Assembly (NCBI GenBank): GCA_963617965.1
Contig: CAVEQO010000006.1
Coordinates: 1,504 to 65,503 of the forward strand
DNA: 64,000 nucleotides
Source of the DNA: Anaerovoracaceae bacterium
GTDB taxonomy: Bacteria > Bacteroidota > Bacteroidia > Bacteroidales > Bacteroidaceae
Direction of reading: 5' to 3'
The translations under genes and the position numbers were made by a program. Under the pieces are notes generated by a model. It did not search any database. It worked only from the letters and a program-made list of their open reading frames with translations, and was not told the DNA's origin. Of this stretch, positions 1 through 8,664 are shown in pieces. How positions within the stretch are numbered: the stretch's first letter is position 1; every line of letters starts with the position of its first letter.

Positions 1-1
1 A

Positions 2-1309
2 CAGATGGACGTGCCCGAAATATCCGGTACTCCGCAGGAGAAACGCCTGTACCGCCTTGTCTATTTGCGTACCTTGGCTTCGCAGATGGCCGACGCCCTG
101 TTTGAGAAGACAGTCGTGACTGTCGGTGCCAGTGGTCTTGACGAGAAGTTCATTGCTACAGGCGAAGTCATAACATTTGACGGATTTACCCGTATCTACC
201 ACGAGTCGGCGGAAGACGACACCGAAGACACGGCACCGCTGTTGCCGGGTTTAAGCAAGGGGGAAATTGTGACCCCGGCAAGAATATGCGCTACGGAAAA
301 GTTCAGCCAGCGCCCGGCGAGATTCAGTGAAGCCTCGCTTGTACACAAGATGGAGGAACTGGGTATAGGGCGTCCTTCAACCTATGCGCCGACCATAAGC
401 ACCATACAGCAGCGCGGATATGTGGAAAAAGGCAACCGGGAGGGGACAAAGCGTACCTATACCTACATGGAACTGACCGCAACCGGAGTGGATGCGGTGC
501 AGAAAGAAGAAACGGCGGGAGCGGAGAAAGGCAAACTCTTTCCCACCGATACCGGCAAGATTGTCAACGACTACCTCATCGAGTGGTTTCCGAGCATTCT
601 TGATCTTGACTTTACCGCCCGTGTGGAGAAAGATTTCGATGCGGTTGCGGAGGGCAGAAAAGACTGGAACAAGCTGACCCGGCAGTTCTACAACACCTTT
701 ACCCCCATGGTTACCAAAGCTTCCGAGAAACAGACCGAACTGCGCATCGGCGAGCGCCAATTGGGGCAAGACCCCAAAACTGGCAGGATGCTCAGTGTAA
801 AGATCGGCCGTTACGGGCCTGTGGCACAACTGGGCAGGGCTTCCGATGACGAGAAACCGCAGTTTGCCCAGTTGCGCGAGGGACAAAGCATCGACAGCAT
901 AACCCTTGAGGACGCCCTTGAGCTGTTCAAGCTCCCGCGGCTGCTCGGGCAGATGGAAAACGGCGATGTCGTAGCCAACGTAAGCCGGTTCGGCCCCTAT
1001 ATAAGCTACAACAGGCAGAATGTCTCTATCCCGAAAGACATCGACGTGATGAAGATAACCCTTGAGCAGGCCCGGCATCTGATAGAACAAAAGGAGGAAG
1101 AGGCGAAGAAGCGGATCATCCACTCTTTCGACGGAGGCATTGAAGTGATGAACGGGCGTTACGGCCCCTACATCGCTTTTGACGGCAGGAACTACCGCCT
1201 GCCCAAAAACCTTGCGGCAAGCCCCGACACCGTCACCGTGGAGCAATGCCGCCAGGTGATAGACAACGCCGGCGAAAGCGCACCGCGCAAAAGGCGCAGG
1301 AAACCATAG
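2..1309 (+). CDS. topA: DNA topoisomerase I, C-terminal part (5' end lies outside the window)
   Basis: The ORF is open to the window edge. It has the type IA topoisomerase motif GRPSTYAPTISTIQQRGYVEK, repeated GRYGPV / SRFGPYI / GRYGPYI C-terminal repeats and a basic tail. Confidence 0.9.
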   Translation, partial: QMDVPEISGTPQEKRLYRLVYLRTLASQMADALFEKTVVTVGASGLDEKFIATGEVITFDGFTRIYHESAEDDTEDTAPLLPGLSKGEIVTPARICATEKFSQRPARFSEASLVHKMEELGIGRPSTYAPTISTIQQRGYVEKGNREGTKRTYTYMELTATGVDAVQKEETAGAEKGKLFPTDTGKIVNDYLIEWFPSILDLDFTARVEKDFDAVAEGRKDWNKLTRQFYNTFTPMVTKASEKQTELRIGERQLGQDPKTGRMLSVKIGRYGPVAQLGRASDDEKPQFAQLREGQSIDSITLEDALELFKLPRLLGQMENGDVVANVSRFGPYISYNRQNVSIPKDIDVMKITLEQARHLIEQKEEEAKKRIIHSFDGGIEVMNGRYGPYIAFDGRNYRLPKNLAASPDTVTVEQCRQVIDNAGESAPRKRRRKP

Positions 1310-1324
1310 CGGCACTGACACGGA

Positions 1325-1873
1325 ATGTCTGTTATGAAAAGCGTGATGCTCATAGGCTACATGGGAGCTGGCAAGACTTCGGTGGGCAAAGTCCTGGCGC
1401 AAAGGCTCGGTATGCAGTTCTATGACCTTGACTGGTATATAGAGGAACGCTACCGCAAGAAAATATGCGACATCTTTGCCGAAAGGGGAGAAGACGGCTT
1501 CAGGCAGCTGGAGCGCAAAATGCTCCACGAAGTGGCGGAGTTCGAGAACATCGTGCTGGCACTCGGCGGAGGGACACCGTGCTTCTTTGACAACATGGAT
1601 TACCTCAACAGGTGCGGCATCACCGTGTTTTTCGACGCGTCGCCGCAGACGATCGTGCAACACCTGAAAATCAGCTGCACCGTGCGCCCTCTGCTGCGCG
1701 ACAAACAGGGCGACGAACTGCTGTCTTTTGTGGCAGAACAGATAGCCTTGCGTATGCCCTTTTATTCAAAGGCACAGCATACGGTCAACGTGGACATTCT
1801 GGACAGTTTCTCCAAGATAGACTTGCTCGTGGAGCGTATCGTGAACGTGATAAAACAAAACACCCTTGCTTAA
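1325..1873 (+). CDS. aroK: shikimate kinase
   Basis: 182-aa ORF with the P-loop LIGYMGAGKTSVGKVLA followed by the YDLD motif, and typical AroK length. Confidence 0.9.
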   Translation: MSVMKSVMLIGYMGAGKTSVGKVLAQRLGMQFYDLDWYIEERYRKKICDIFAERGEDGFRQLERKMLHEVAEFENIVLALGGGTPCFFDNMDYLNRCGITVFFDASPQTIVQHLKISCTVRPLLRDKQGDELLSFVAEQIALRMPFYSKAQHTVNVDILDSFSKIDLLVERIVNVIKQNTLA

Positions 1874-1881
1874 CTACAGAA

Positions 1882-3780
1882 ATGGCAAAATGGCGAATAG
1901 AAGATTCGGAAGAACTCTATAACATCGGAGGTTGGGGAGTAAATTTCTTCGGGATAAACAAGAAAGGTCATGTCTATGTCACACCTTTCAAAGACTCTAA
2001 CCAGATTGATCTCAAGGAACTGGTTGACGACCTTGTGGCGCACCGCACGGCAACCCCCATGCTGTTGCGCTTTCCGGACATACTTGACAGCCGCATAGAG
2101 AAGACGGCCGACTGTTTTGACAAGGCGGCGAAGGAATACAGTTTCAAAGGCGAGCATTTCATTATCTTTCCCGTCAAGGTCAACCAGATGAAACCCGTGG
2201 TGGACGAGATCATAAGCCACGGCAAACGTTACAATCTGGGACTGGAGGCCGGCTCCAAGCCCGAACTCCATGCCGTGATAGCTGCCAACATGGACTCCGA
2301 CAGCCTTATTATCTGCAACGGCCACAAAGACCACAGTTTCATCGAGCTGGCACTGTTGGCGCAGAAAATGGGCAAACGCATATTCCTCGTGGTGGAAAAA
2401 TATGAGGAGTTGGAAGTGATAGTCGCTACGGCCAAGACCATGGACTTGCGGCCGCAGCTGGGCATACGCATCAAGCTCGCTTCGTCAGGGGCGGGCAAAT
2501 GGGAGGAAAGCGGCGGCGATGCCAGCAAGTTCGGCCTTGACTCGTCGGATTTGCTCCGCGCCCTTGATTTCCTGCGCGCCAACGACATGCAGGACTGCCT
2601 CAAACTGATGCATTTCCATATAGGCAGCCAGATTACCAAGATACGCCGCATACAGTTTGCCCTGACCGAGGCCGCGCAGTTCTACGTGCAGCTCCACAAG
2701 TTGGGCTACAACGTAGAGTTTGTGGATTGCGGCGGCGGACTGGGCGTGGACTACGACGGGACCCGCTCTTCCCATAGCGAAAGCTCCGTGAACTACTCCA
2801 TACAGGAATATATCAACGACTGTGTATACACGTTCGTGGAGGCCGCCGACCACAACGGCATTCCGCATCCGAACATAATCTCCGAGGGGGGGCGTTCCCT
2901 GTCGGCACACCATTCCGTGCTTATACTTGAAGCCTTTGACTCCACTTCGCAACCCTCTATGGACGAGTCGTGGGAAGCTTCGCCTGAAGACCACAAACTT
3001 GTGCGCGACCTCTCCGAAATATGGGACAAGATTTCCGCGCGTTCCATGCTGGAGGACTGGCATGACGCCGAGCAGATTCGCGAAGAGGGGCTTGACCTCT
3101 TCCGCCATGGCCTGATCGGACTCAAGACGCGTGCCCAGATAGAGAGCGTGTACTGGAGCATCACGCGTGAGGTCAATGCCATTGCCCACACCCAGAAGCA
3201 TATGCCCGACGAGTTGCGCAAGCTTGACAAGATACTGGCCGACAAGTATTACTGCAATTTCTCGCTTTTCCAGTCGCTGCCCGATTCGTGGGCCATTGAC
3301 CAGCTGTTCCCGATAATGCCTATACACCGGTTGGGAGAGAAACCAGACCACAATGCCACCATTCAGGATATCACCTGTGACAGCGACGGAAAGATAGACA
3401 CTTTCGTGTACAACGGCCGCCAGACAAGCTACATCCCCCTCCACGGGCTGAAGAAAGACCAGCCTTACTATATCGGGGTGTTTCTGGTGGGGGCCTATCA
3501 GGAGATTTTGGGCAACATGCACAACCTCTTCGGCGACACCAATGCCGTACACGTGTCGGTGGCGGAAGACGGATCCTACACCATTGACCAGATTATCGAC
3601 GGCGAGACAGTGGCCGATGTGCTTGACTACGTGCAATATGATCCCAAGCAACTTGTGAGGCATCTTGAGACATGGGTTGACAAGGCCGTGGACGAAGGGC
3701 GCATTACTCCGCGCGAGGGCAAGGATTTCATATCTTATTTCCAGAGCGATTTGTACGGCTACACTTATCTGGAAAAGTAA
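1882..3780 (+). CDS. speA: biosynthetic arginine decarboxylase
   Basis: In-frame ATG at 1882 within ORF 1612..3780 gives the N-terminus MAKWRIEDSEELYNIGGWGVNFF typical of SpeA. The 632-aa product has PLP-dependent group IV decarboxylase features. Confidence 0.9.
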   Translation: MAKWRIEDSEELYNIGGWGVNFFGINKKGHVYVTPFKDSNQIDLKELVDDLVAHRTATPMLLRFPDILDSRIEKTADCFDKAAKEYSFKGEHFIIFPVKVNQMKPVVDEIISHGKRYNLGLEAGSKPELHAVIAANMDSDSLIICNGHKDHSFIELALLAQKMGKRIFLVVEKYEELEVIVATAKTMDLRPQLGIRIKLASSGAGKWEESGGDASKFGLDSSDLLRALDFLRANDMQDCLKLMHFHIGSQITKIRRIQFALTEAAQFYVQLHKLGYNVEFVDCGGGLGVDYDGTRSSHSESSVNYSIQEYINDCVYTFVEAADHNGIPHPNIISEGGRSLSAHHSVLILEAFDSTSQPSMDESWEASPEDHKLVRDLSEIWDKISARSMLEDWHDAEQIREEGLDLFRHGLIGLKTRAQIESVYWSITREVNAIAHTQKHMPDELRKLDKILADKYYCNFSLFQSLPDSWAIDQLFPIMPIHRLGEKPDHNATIQDITCDSDGKIDTFVYNGRQTSYIPLHGLKKDQPYYIGVFLVGAYQEILGNMHNLFGDTNAVHVSVAEDGSYTIDQIIDGETVADVLDYVQYDPKQLVRHLETWVDKAVDEGRITPREGKDFISYFQSDLYGYTYLEK

Positions 3781-3827
3781 CATACAAACCGGGGGCGTTC
3801 CGCTTCGGACAAAAACACAACAACAAG

Positions 3828-4604
3828 ATGAAACAATCGCTTACGGTTGTCAAGGTCGGCGGCAAGATCGTGGAAGACCCCGTGTCGCTGTCGCAGCTGC
3901 TTGACAGGTTTTCGTACATAGAGGGCCCGAAGATGCTCATACACGGCGGCGGTCGCACCGCTACCGACGTTGCAGCGCGGATGGGGCTGGAAACCCGCAT
4001 GGTCAACGGCCGCCGCATCACCGATGCCGACATGCTGCGCGTTGTCACGATGGTGTATGGCGGACTGGTGAACAAAAACATTGTTTCGCAGATTTCTGCC
4101 AGAGGACTCAAGGCTCTTGGGCTGACCGGGGCCGACATGAATGTAATACGTTCGCACCGCCGTCCCGTCACCCCTGACGGCATTGACTATGGTTTCGTGG
4201 GAGACGTGGACGAAGTGGATGCCGATGCTGTCTCACTGCTTATAGGAGGCGGCGTAATTCCCGTTGTGGCACCGCTTACACTGGGTAGCGGCGCACAGTT
4301 GCTCAACACCAATGCGGACACGGTTGCCGGCGAGGTGGCCAAGGCCATGAGCCGCCTGTATGATGTGACCCTGATATTCTGCTTTGAGAAGAAAGGAGTG
4401 CTGCTTGATGCAGACGACGAGGAAAGTGTCATCCCGCAAATCACGGCGGAATCCTATGCGGCTCTTAGGGAACGGGGTGTTGTGTCGGGCGGCATGCTTC
4501 CCAAGCTTGACAACAGTTTCAACGCCTTGAGGGGCGGGGTGTCCCGTGTGGTAATCACGCGCTCTGACCAGATAGGGTTGTGTGGTACGACCATAACATT
4601 ATAA
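3828..4604 (+). CDS. argB: acetylglutamate kinase
   Basis: 258 aa with amino-acid kinase fold motifs VVKVGGK and IHGGG, and ArgB-like length. Confidence 0.85.
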   Translation: MKQSLTVVKVGGKIVEDPVSLSQLLDRFSYIEGPKMLIHGGGRTATDVAARMGLETRMVNGRRITDADMLRVVTMVYGGLVNKNIVSQISARGLKALGLTGADMNVIRSHRRPVTPDGIDYGFVGDVDEVDADAVSLLIGGGVIPVVAPLTLGSGAQLLNTNADTVAGEVAKAMSRLYDVTLIFCFEKKGVLLDADDEESVIPQITAESYAALRERGVVSGGMLPKLDNSFNALRGGVSRVVITRSDQIGLCGTTITL

Positions 4605-4647
4605 GGACAGACCGGGGGAAGACGAGATTTTAAAACTACCATAACAA

Positions 4648-6360
4648 ATGCATACGGTCATAAAGAAAACGGTCGGTTTCATTCTGGCCATTGCGATGTG
4701 CTGTTCGGTGAATGCCATCGCTCCGGAAAAAGTGAAGTCTGTCAAAAACGTAATCCTGTTTATTTCAGACGGCACCTCGCTCAGCGTGGCCAGTGCGGCA
4801 CGCTGGCTGCAGCGTTACCGCGACCCGTCAAAGGAGCATCTCAACATTGACCCCTGGATGTGCGGCACAGTCATCACGTGCAATTCTGACGCACCCATAG
4901 GCGACTCCGCACCCACGACATCGTGCTACATGACAGGACACCGTTCCCGCGCCGGCTATGTGTCCACGTATCCGCCCTACAGAGGCTCTGCCAACATCGG
5001 TTTTGTGGACTCCACCCGTGCCTATGCCCCGATGGCCACTTTGCTCGAGGCGGGCAAGCAGCTTCTGGGCAAAAGTGTAGGTCTGGTCTTCACGTGCCAG
5101 TTCCCGCATGCCACCCCGGCCGACTGCTCGGCCCACTATTACAACCGCAATGCATCGGGACTCATTTCGGACCAGATGGTCCACAACGGGCTTGACGTGG
5201 TTATCGGCGGCGGCAGCAGATACCTTGATGCCGGCAATGAGGAATTCCTCCGCAGGCAGGGGGTGAACGTTTACCGTGACGACATCAGCGGAATGCGTCA
5301 GGACAAAGGCGACAAAATGTGGGCGTTGTTCGGTCAGTATGACATGGACTACGACATGGATCGCAATCCCGAGGAACAGCCTTCTCTGGAGGAAATGACC
5401 AGAACGGCTCTTGGCAAACTCTCCAGGAACAAAAAGGGGTTCTTCCTTATGGTTGAAGGTTCCAAGGTGGACTGGGCAGCCCATGCCAACGACCCGGGAG
5501 CCGTTGTCAACGAGTTCCTTGCTTTTGACAAGGCTGTCGGTGCGGCCATGGATTTTGCCCGCAAGGACGGCAACACGGTGGTTATCGTGACTGTAGACCA
5601 CGGCAACAGCGGTTTCAGTATCAGCCGGAGGGATGTCGCCGACTATAGCCACGCCTCGCTGGAACGGCTTTTCGGGCAGGTCGCAAAATATAAAATCAGC
5701 GGTGACGGTCTGGAAGCGAAAATCAATGCACAGCCGTTTGACAGCCTCAAGAGCATCTTCAGGAAATACGCCTCAATCGAGTTGACCAACGACGAGGTGC
5801 TGCTTCTCATGAACAGCAAAGGCTATAAAAACAGTCCCGTGCCGGAAGAATTGCGTGCGCCTGACAAAGCATCGCCGCTCTACAGCAGTCACCTCTCCGG
5901 CGTGATTACCAAGATTCTCACAGCCCACACCTGCTTCGGCTGGACTACAGGAGGGCATACGGGTGAGGAGGTCTTTCTTGCCTGTTACCATCCCAAGGCA
6001 TCCCAGCGCATCATGGGAGCCAACTCCAATGTAGACCTTGCCCACTATATGCAGGCCCTTTTCGGCGTGTATGGCAAGATGGGGACTTTCAGCGACAATA
6101 TCTTTGCGCGCCATACCGATGTGTTCCGCAGTTATGACATGGAGATACGGCGCGACGGCAAATCAAAGGAATACCCCACACTTTTGGTCAGGAACGCCGC
6201 CAACGGGAAGTCTTTGGCCATTCGTCCATTCACCAATGTCATTGAAGTGACGGACGGGAAGTCCAATTCCCGCAGCGTGCAACTCGCCAGCGTGATTACC
6301 TACGTTGACCGCAACGACATGTTCTATCTTCCCGCGACCCTTTCAAGATATCTTGAGTAG
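4648..6360 (+). CDS. secreted alkaline phosphatase family protein
   Basis: N-terminal signal peptide, the active-site region ILFISDGTSLS (Asp-Ser) and the metal-site motif DWAAHANDP. Confidence 0.8.
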   Translation: MHTVIKKTVGFILAIAMCCSVNAIAPEKVKSVKNVILFISDGTSLSVASAARWLQRYRDPSKEHLNIDPWMCGTVITCNSDAPIGDSAPTTSCYMTGHRSRAGYVSTYPPYRGSANIGFVDSTRAYAPMATLLEAGKQLLGKSVGLVFTCQFPHATPADCSAHYYNRNASGLISDQMVHNGLDVVIGGGSRYLDAGNEEFLRRQGVNVYRDDISGMRQDKGDKMWALFGQYDMDYDMDRNPEEQPSLEEMTRTALGKLSRNKKGFFLMVEGSKVDWAAHANDPGAVVNEFLAFDKAVGAAMDFARKDGNTVVIVTVDHGNSGFSISRRDVADYSHASLERLFGQVAKYKISGDGLEAKINAQPFDSLKSIFRKYASIELTNDEVLLLMNSKGYKNSPVPEELRAPDKASPLYSSHLSGVITKILTAHTCFGWTTGGHTGEEVFLACYHPKASQRIMGANSNVDLAHYMQALFGVYGKMGTFSDNIFARHTDVFRSYDMEIRRDGKSKEYPTLLVRNAANGKSLAIRPFTNVIEVTDGKSNSRSVQLASVITYVDRNDMFYLPATLSRYLE

Positions 6361-6369
6361 CACACGATC

Positions 6370-6430
6370 CCCGTATACCACAAGAGCCGCCTTGCAGATT
6401 TCCTGCAAGGCGGCTCTTGTGGTATACGGG
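6370..6430. terminator. bidirectional terminator hairpin between convergent alkaline phosphatase and tyrS
   Basis: Perfect 28-bp inverted repeat CCCGTATACCACAAGAGCCGCCTTGCAG / CTGCAAGGCGGCTCTTGTGGTATACGGG with the 5-nt loop ATTTC. Confidence 0.8.
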
Positions 6431-6433
6431 AGA

Positions 6434-7723
6434 CTACTTTACGATAATCAGGTAGTAGTTCTTCTTGCCTTTCTGGACGAGAATGTATTTCCCGTCAAGC
6501 AAGTCAGAATCCGAGAGGACTGTTTCGGGGTCGGAAAGTTTCTCCTTGTTGATGCTCACGCCGCCGCCTTTGACCATCTTGCGGAACTCGCCTTTGGAGG
6601 GGAAACAGTCCGTAGTCTCCGCCAGCAGTTCCACGGCTTTGGCTCCGAGAACCCGGTCTTTGGACAGCTCATATTGCGGCACCCCGTCAAAGACGCTGAG
6701 CAGCGTGGCTTCGTCAAGCCGGAGGAGGTTCTCCTTTGTGGCTTTGCCGAAGAGGAGGCTCGAGGCTTCCACCGCAGTTTGGTATGCCTGTTCGCCGTGT
6801 ACGAGAGTGGTCACCTCCTGCCCCAGCCGTTTCTGGAGAATGCGCTGCCCCGGGTCTGCCCGGTGTCCGGCAACGAGGGAGTCAATGGTTTCGCGGTCAA
6901 GTGAGGTGAATATCTTGATGTAACGCTCAGCATCGTCATCGCTCACGTTGAGCCAGAACTGGTAGAACTTGTATGGCGTGGTGCGGTTGGCGTCAAGCCA
7001 CACGTTGCCGCTCTCCGTCTTGCCGAATTTCTTTCCGTCGCTCTTTGTGATGAGAGGACAGGTGAGGGCGTAGGCTTCTGCTCCTGTGGTGCGGCGTATG
7101 AGCTCTGCTCCTGTGGTGATGTTGCCCCACTGGTCAGAGCCGCCCATTTGCAGTTTACAGTTCTTGTGGGTATTGAGGTAGAGATAGTCGTAGCCCTGCA
7201 GAAGCTGGTAGGTGAACTCGGTGAAACTGAGCCCGTCGCTTGCCTCCCCGTTGAGTCTGCGCTTCACGGAGTCCTTGGCCATCATGTAGTTCACGGTGAT
7301 GTGCTTGCCGACCTCGCGCGCAAAATCCAGAAACGTGTAGTTCTTCATCCAGTCGTAGTTGTTGACCAGTTCCGCCCGGTTGGGGATGTCGCTCTCGAAG
7401 TCCAGGAAGCGGGCCAACTGCGCCTTGATGCACTCCACGTTGTGACGTAGCGTTTCCTCGTCCAGAAGATTGCGTTCCTGACTTTTGCCCGAGGGATCGC
7501 CAATCATGCCTGTGGCTCCGCCAATGAGAGCCATCGGCTTGTGTCCGCAGCGCTGGAAATGGCGCAGCATCATCACACCGCAAAGATGCCCTATGTGCAG
7601 GCTGTCGGCCGTGGGATCAATGCCCACGTATGCCGTGGTCGTTTCTTTTGCCAGTTGTTCTTCCGTGCCGGGCATCATCTGGTGAACCATGCCTCTCCAC
7701 TTGAGTTCTTCTACAAAATTCAT
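6434..7723 (-). CDS. tyrS: tyrosine--tRNA ligase
   Basis: 429 aa with class I signatures HIGHL and KFGKTESG (KMSKS-like) and a C-terminal S4-like domain. Confidence 0.95.
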   Translation of the reverse strand: MNFVEELKWRGMVHQMMPGTEEQLAKETTTAYVGIDPTADSLHIGHLCGVMMLRHFQRCGHKPMALIGGATGMIGDPSGKSQERNLLDEETLRHNVECIKAQLARFLDFESDIPNRAELVNNYDWMKNYTFLDFAREVGKHITVNYMMAKDSVKRRLNGEASDGLSFTEFTYQLLQGYDYLYLNTHKNCKLQMGGSDQWGNITTGAELIRRTTGAEAYALTCPLITKSDGKKFGKTESGNVWLDANRTTPYKFYQFWLNVSDDDAERYIKIFTSLDRETIDSLVAGHRADPGQRILQKRLGQEVTTLVHGEQAYQTAVEASSLLFGKATKENLLRLDEATLLSVFDGVPQYELSKDRVLGAKAVELLAETTDCFPSKGEFRKMVKGGGVSINKEKLSDPETVLSDSDLLDGKYILVQKGKKNYYLIIVK

Positions 7724-7771
7724 CGTCTTGTTTTTGTTCGGTATATGTGTTTAAAGGGTTTGTGTGAGGTG

Positions 7772-7779
7772 CAAAGTTA
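7772..7779 (-). promoter_or_regulatory. Bacteroidota-type -7 box (TAACTTTG) for tyrS
   Basis: The reverse complement of CAAAGTTA matches TAnnTTTG, 48 nt upstream of the tyrS ATG. Confidence 0.45.
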
Positions 7780-7846
7780 CATATTCTTGTCCCAATATGT
7801 CGTTGCCACGGTGCGAAATGTTGCGCCGTGGCGTATCCGGCTTGTG

Positions 7847-8536
7847 TCAAAGGGGGCGGTCTCTGGTGTCAGTGGAGATTTTTCTTCCATCGTTGTACAG
7901 CCTCTGCGCCGTGGCGAGATGTGCGGTGAGTTCTTCCGGCTCGGCTTTGTAGATTTTGAGAGAGTGCGAATGGGGAAAGCGGTTGAAATAAGGGTCGTTG
8001 GAGACATACCATGCAGTTTTTTCCACTTGTGGATGGTTGCCGATCTCTCGCCACAACCGGAAAATGCAGGTTTGGGCGGACAGTGTGATACCCGTATGCC
8101 CGTTTCTGAGCTGTGATACGCATACGAGGTGGCGGCGCAGCCTGGTATCTTGGCTTCCGGCTTTTTCCGTGATGCGCAGCGAAACGGTGATGTGCCGTCC
8201 GTACCGACTGTTTATTTGATCCATCATAGCCCGGAACTTTTCGCCGTGGGGCGAAGTGTCCTTGATGTTTCTTGCGAGAATGTACAGGTGTATCATTTCG
8301 TGCAGCAGGATGTCTTCGTATTCGCTCTCGGAAAAATCGCGGAGCGTGCTTATGGAAATGACGGGAGAACAGAATCGCCTGGTGTGAAACAGCCTGTTGC
8401 GCACTGTATAGCTCAGCCGGCCTCCGAATGTGCGTGCCGTGGTCAGCCTGAGACATGGTGCCGGCAGACAGCCGCCGAAACACAGACGGTTGAAGCGGTC
8501 AAATCTTTCTTGCAGGAAAGTGATTGTCGGGCGCAT
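7847..8536 (-). CDS. SprT-like zinc metalloprotease domain protein
   Basis: HEMIH zinc-binding motif and SprT-like N-terminus MRPTITFLQERFDRFN. The start is placed at the ATG at 8536 because a -7 box overlaps the longer ORF start at 8557. Confidence 0.7.
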   Translation of the reverse strand: MRPTITFLQERFDRFNRLCFGGCLPAPCLRLTTARTFGGRLSYTVRNRLFHTRRFCSPVISISTLRDFSESEYEDILLHEMIHLYILARNIKDTSPHGEKFRAMMDQINSRYGRHITVSLRITEKAGSQDTRLRRHLVCVSQLRNGHTGITLSAQTCIFRLWREIGNHPQVEKTAWYVSNDPYFNRFPHSHSLKIYKAEPEELTAHLATAQRLYNDGRKISTDTRDRPL

Positions 8537-8554
8537 ATATTCGTTTGTTTGATG

Positions 8555-8562
8555 CAAAGGTA
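8555..8562 (-). promoter_or_regulatory. -7 box (TACCTTTG) for the SprT-like gene
   Basis: Reverse complement of CAAAGGTA, 18 nt upstream of the ATG at 8536. Confidence 0.4.
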
Positions 8563-8615
8563 GTCCTTTTGTGCAAAACCAAGTGGCGGTTGTGCCTTTT
8601 TCGGGGAGGAATGAT

Positions 8616-8623
8616 TATTTTTG
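8616..8623 (+). promoter_or_regulatory. -7 box (TATTTTTG) for the giant peptidase gene
   Basis: Matches TAnnTTTG, 41 nt upstream of the ATG at 8665. Confidence 0.45.
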
Positions 8624-8664
8624 CCACCCTTTCATTGGGAGACCAAAGACAAACAGAGACAACT

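Noticed and set aside
377-1663. 428-aa ORF antisense to topA/aroK
   Set aside because: It lies entirely opposite well-supported genes. Its composition is Arg/His/Gly/Val-rich with no motifs, as expected for stop-poor antisense frames in GC-rich coding DNA.
2485-3783. 432-aa ORF antisense to speA, and similar antisense ORFs at 34593..35903 (ispG), 53145..54362 (GH2 gene) and 60836..62224 (priA)
   Set aside because: The same reasoning applies. Each is the mirror frame of a gene with clear family motifs, and none has a signal, a motif or a promoter box of its own.
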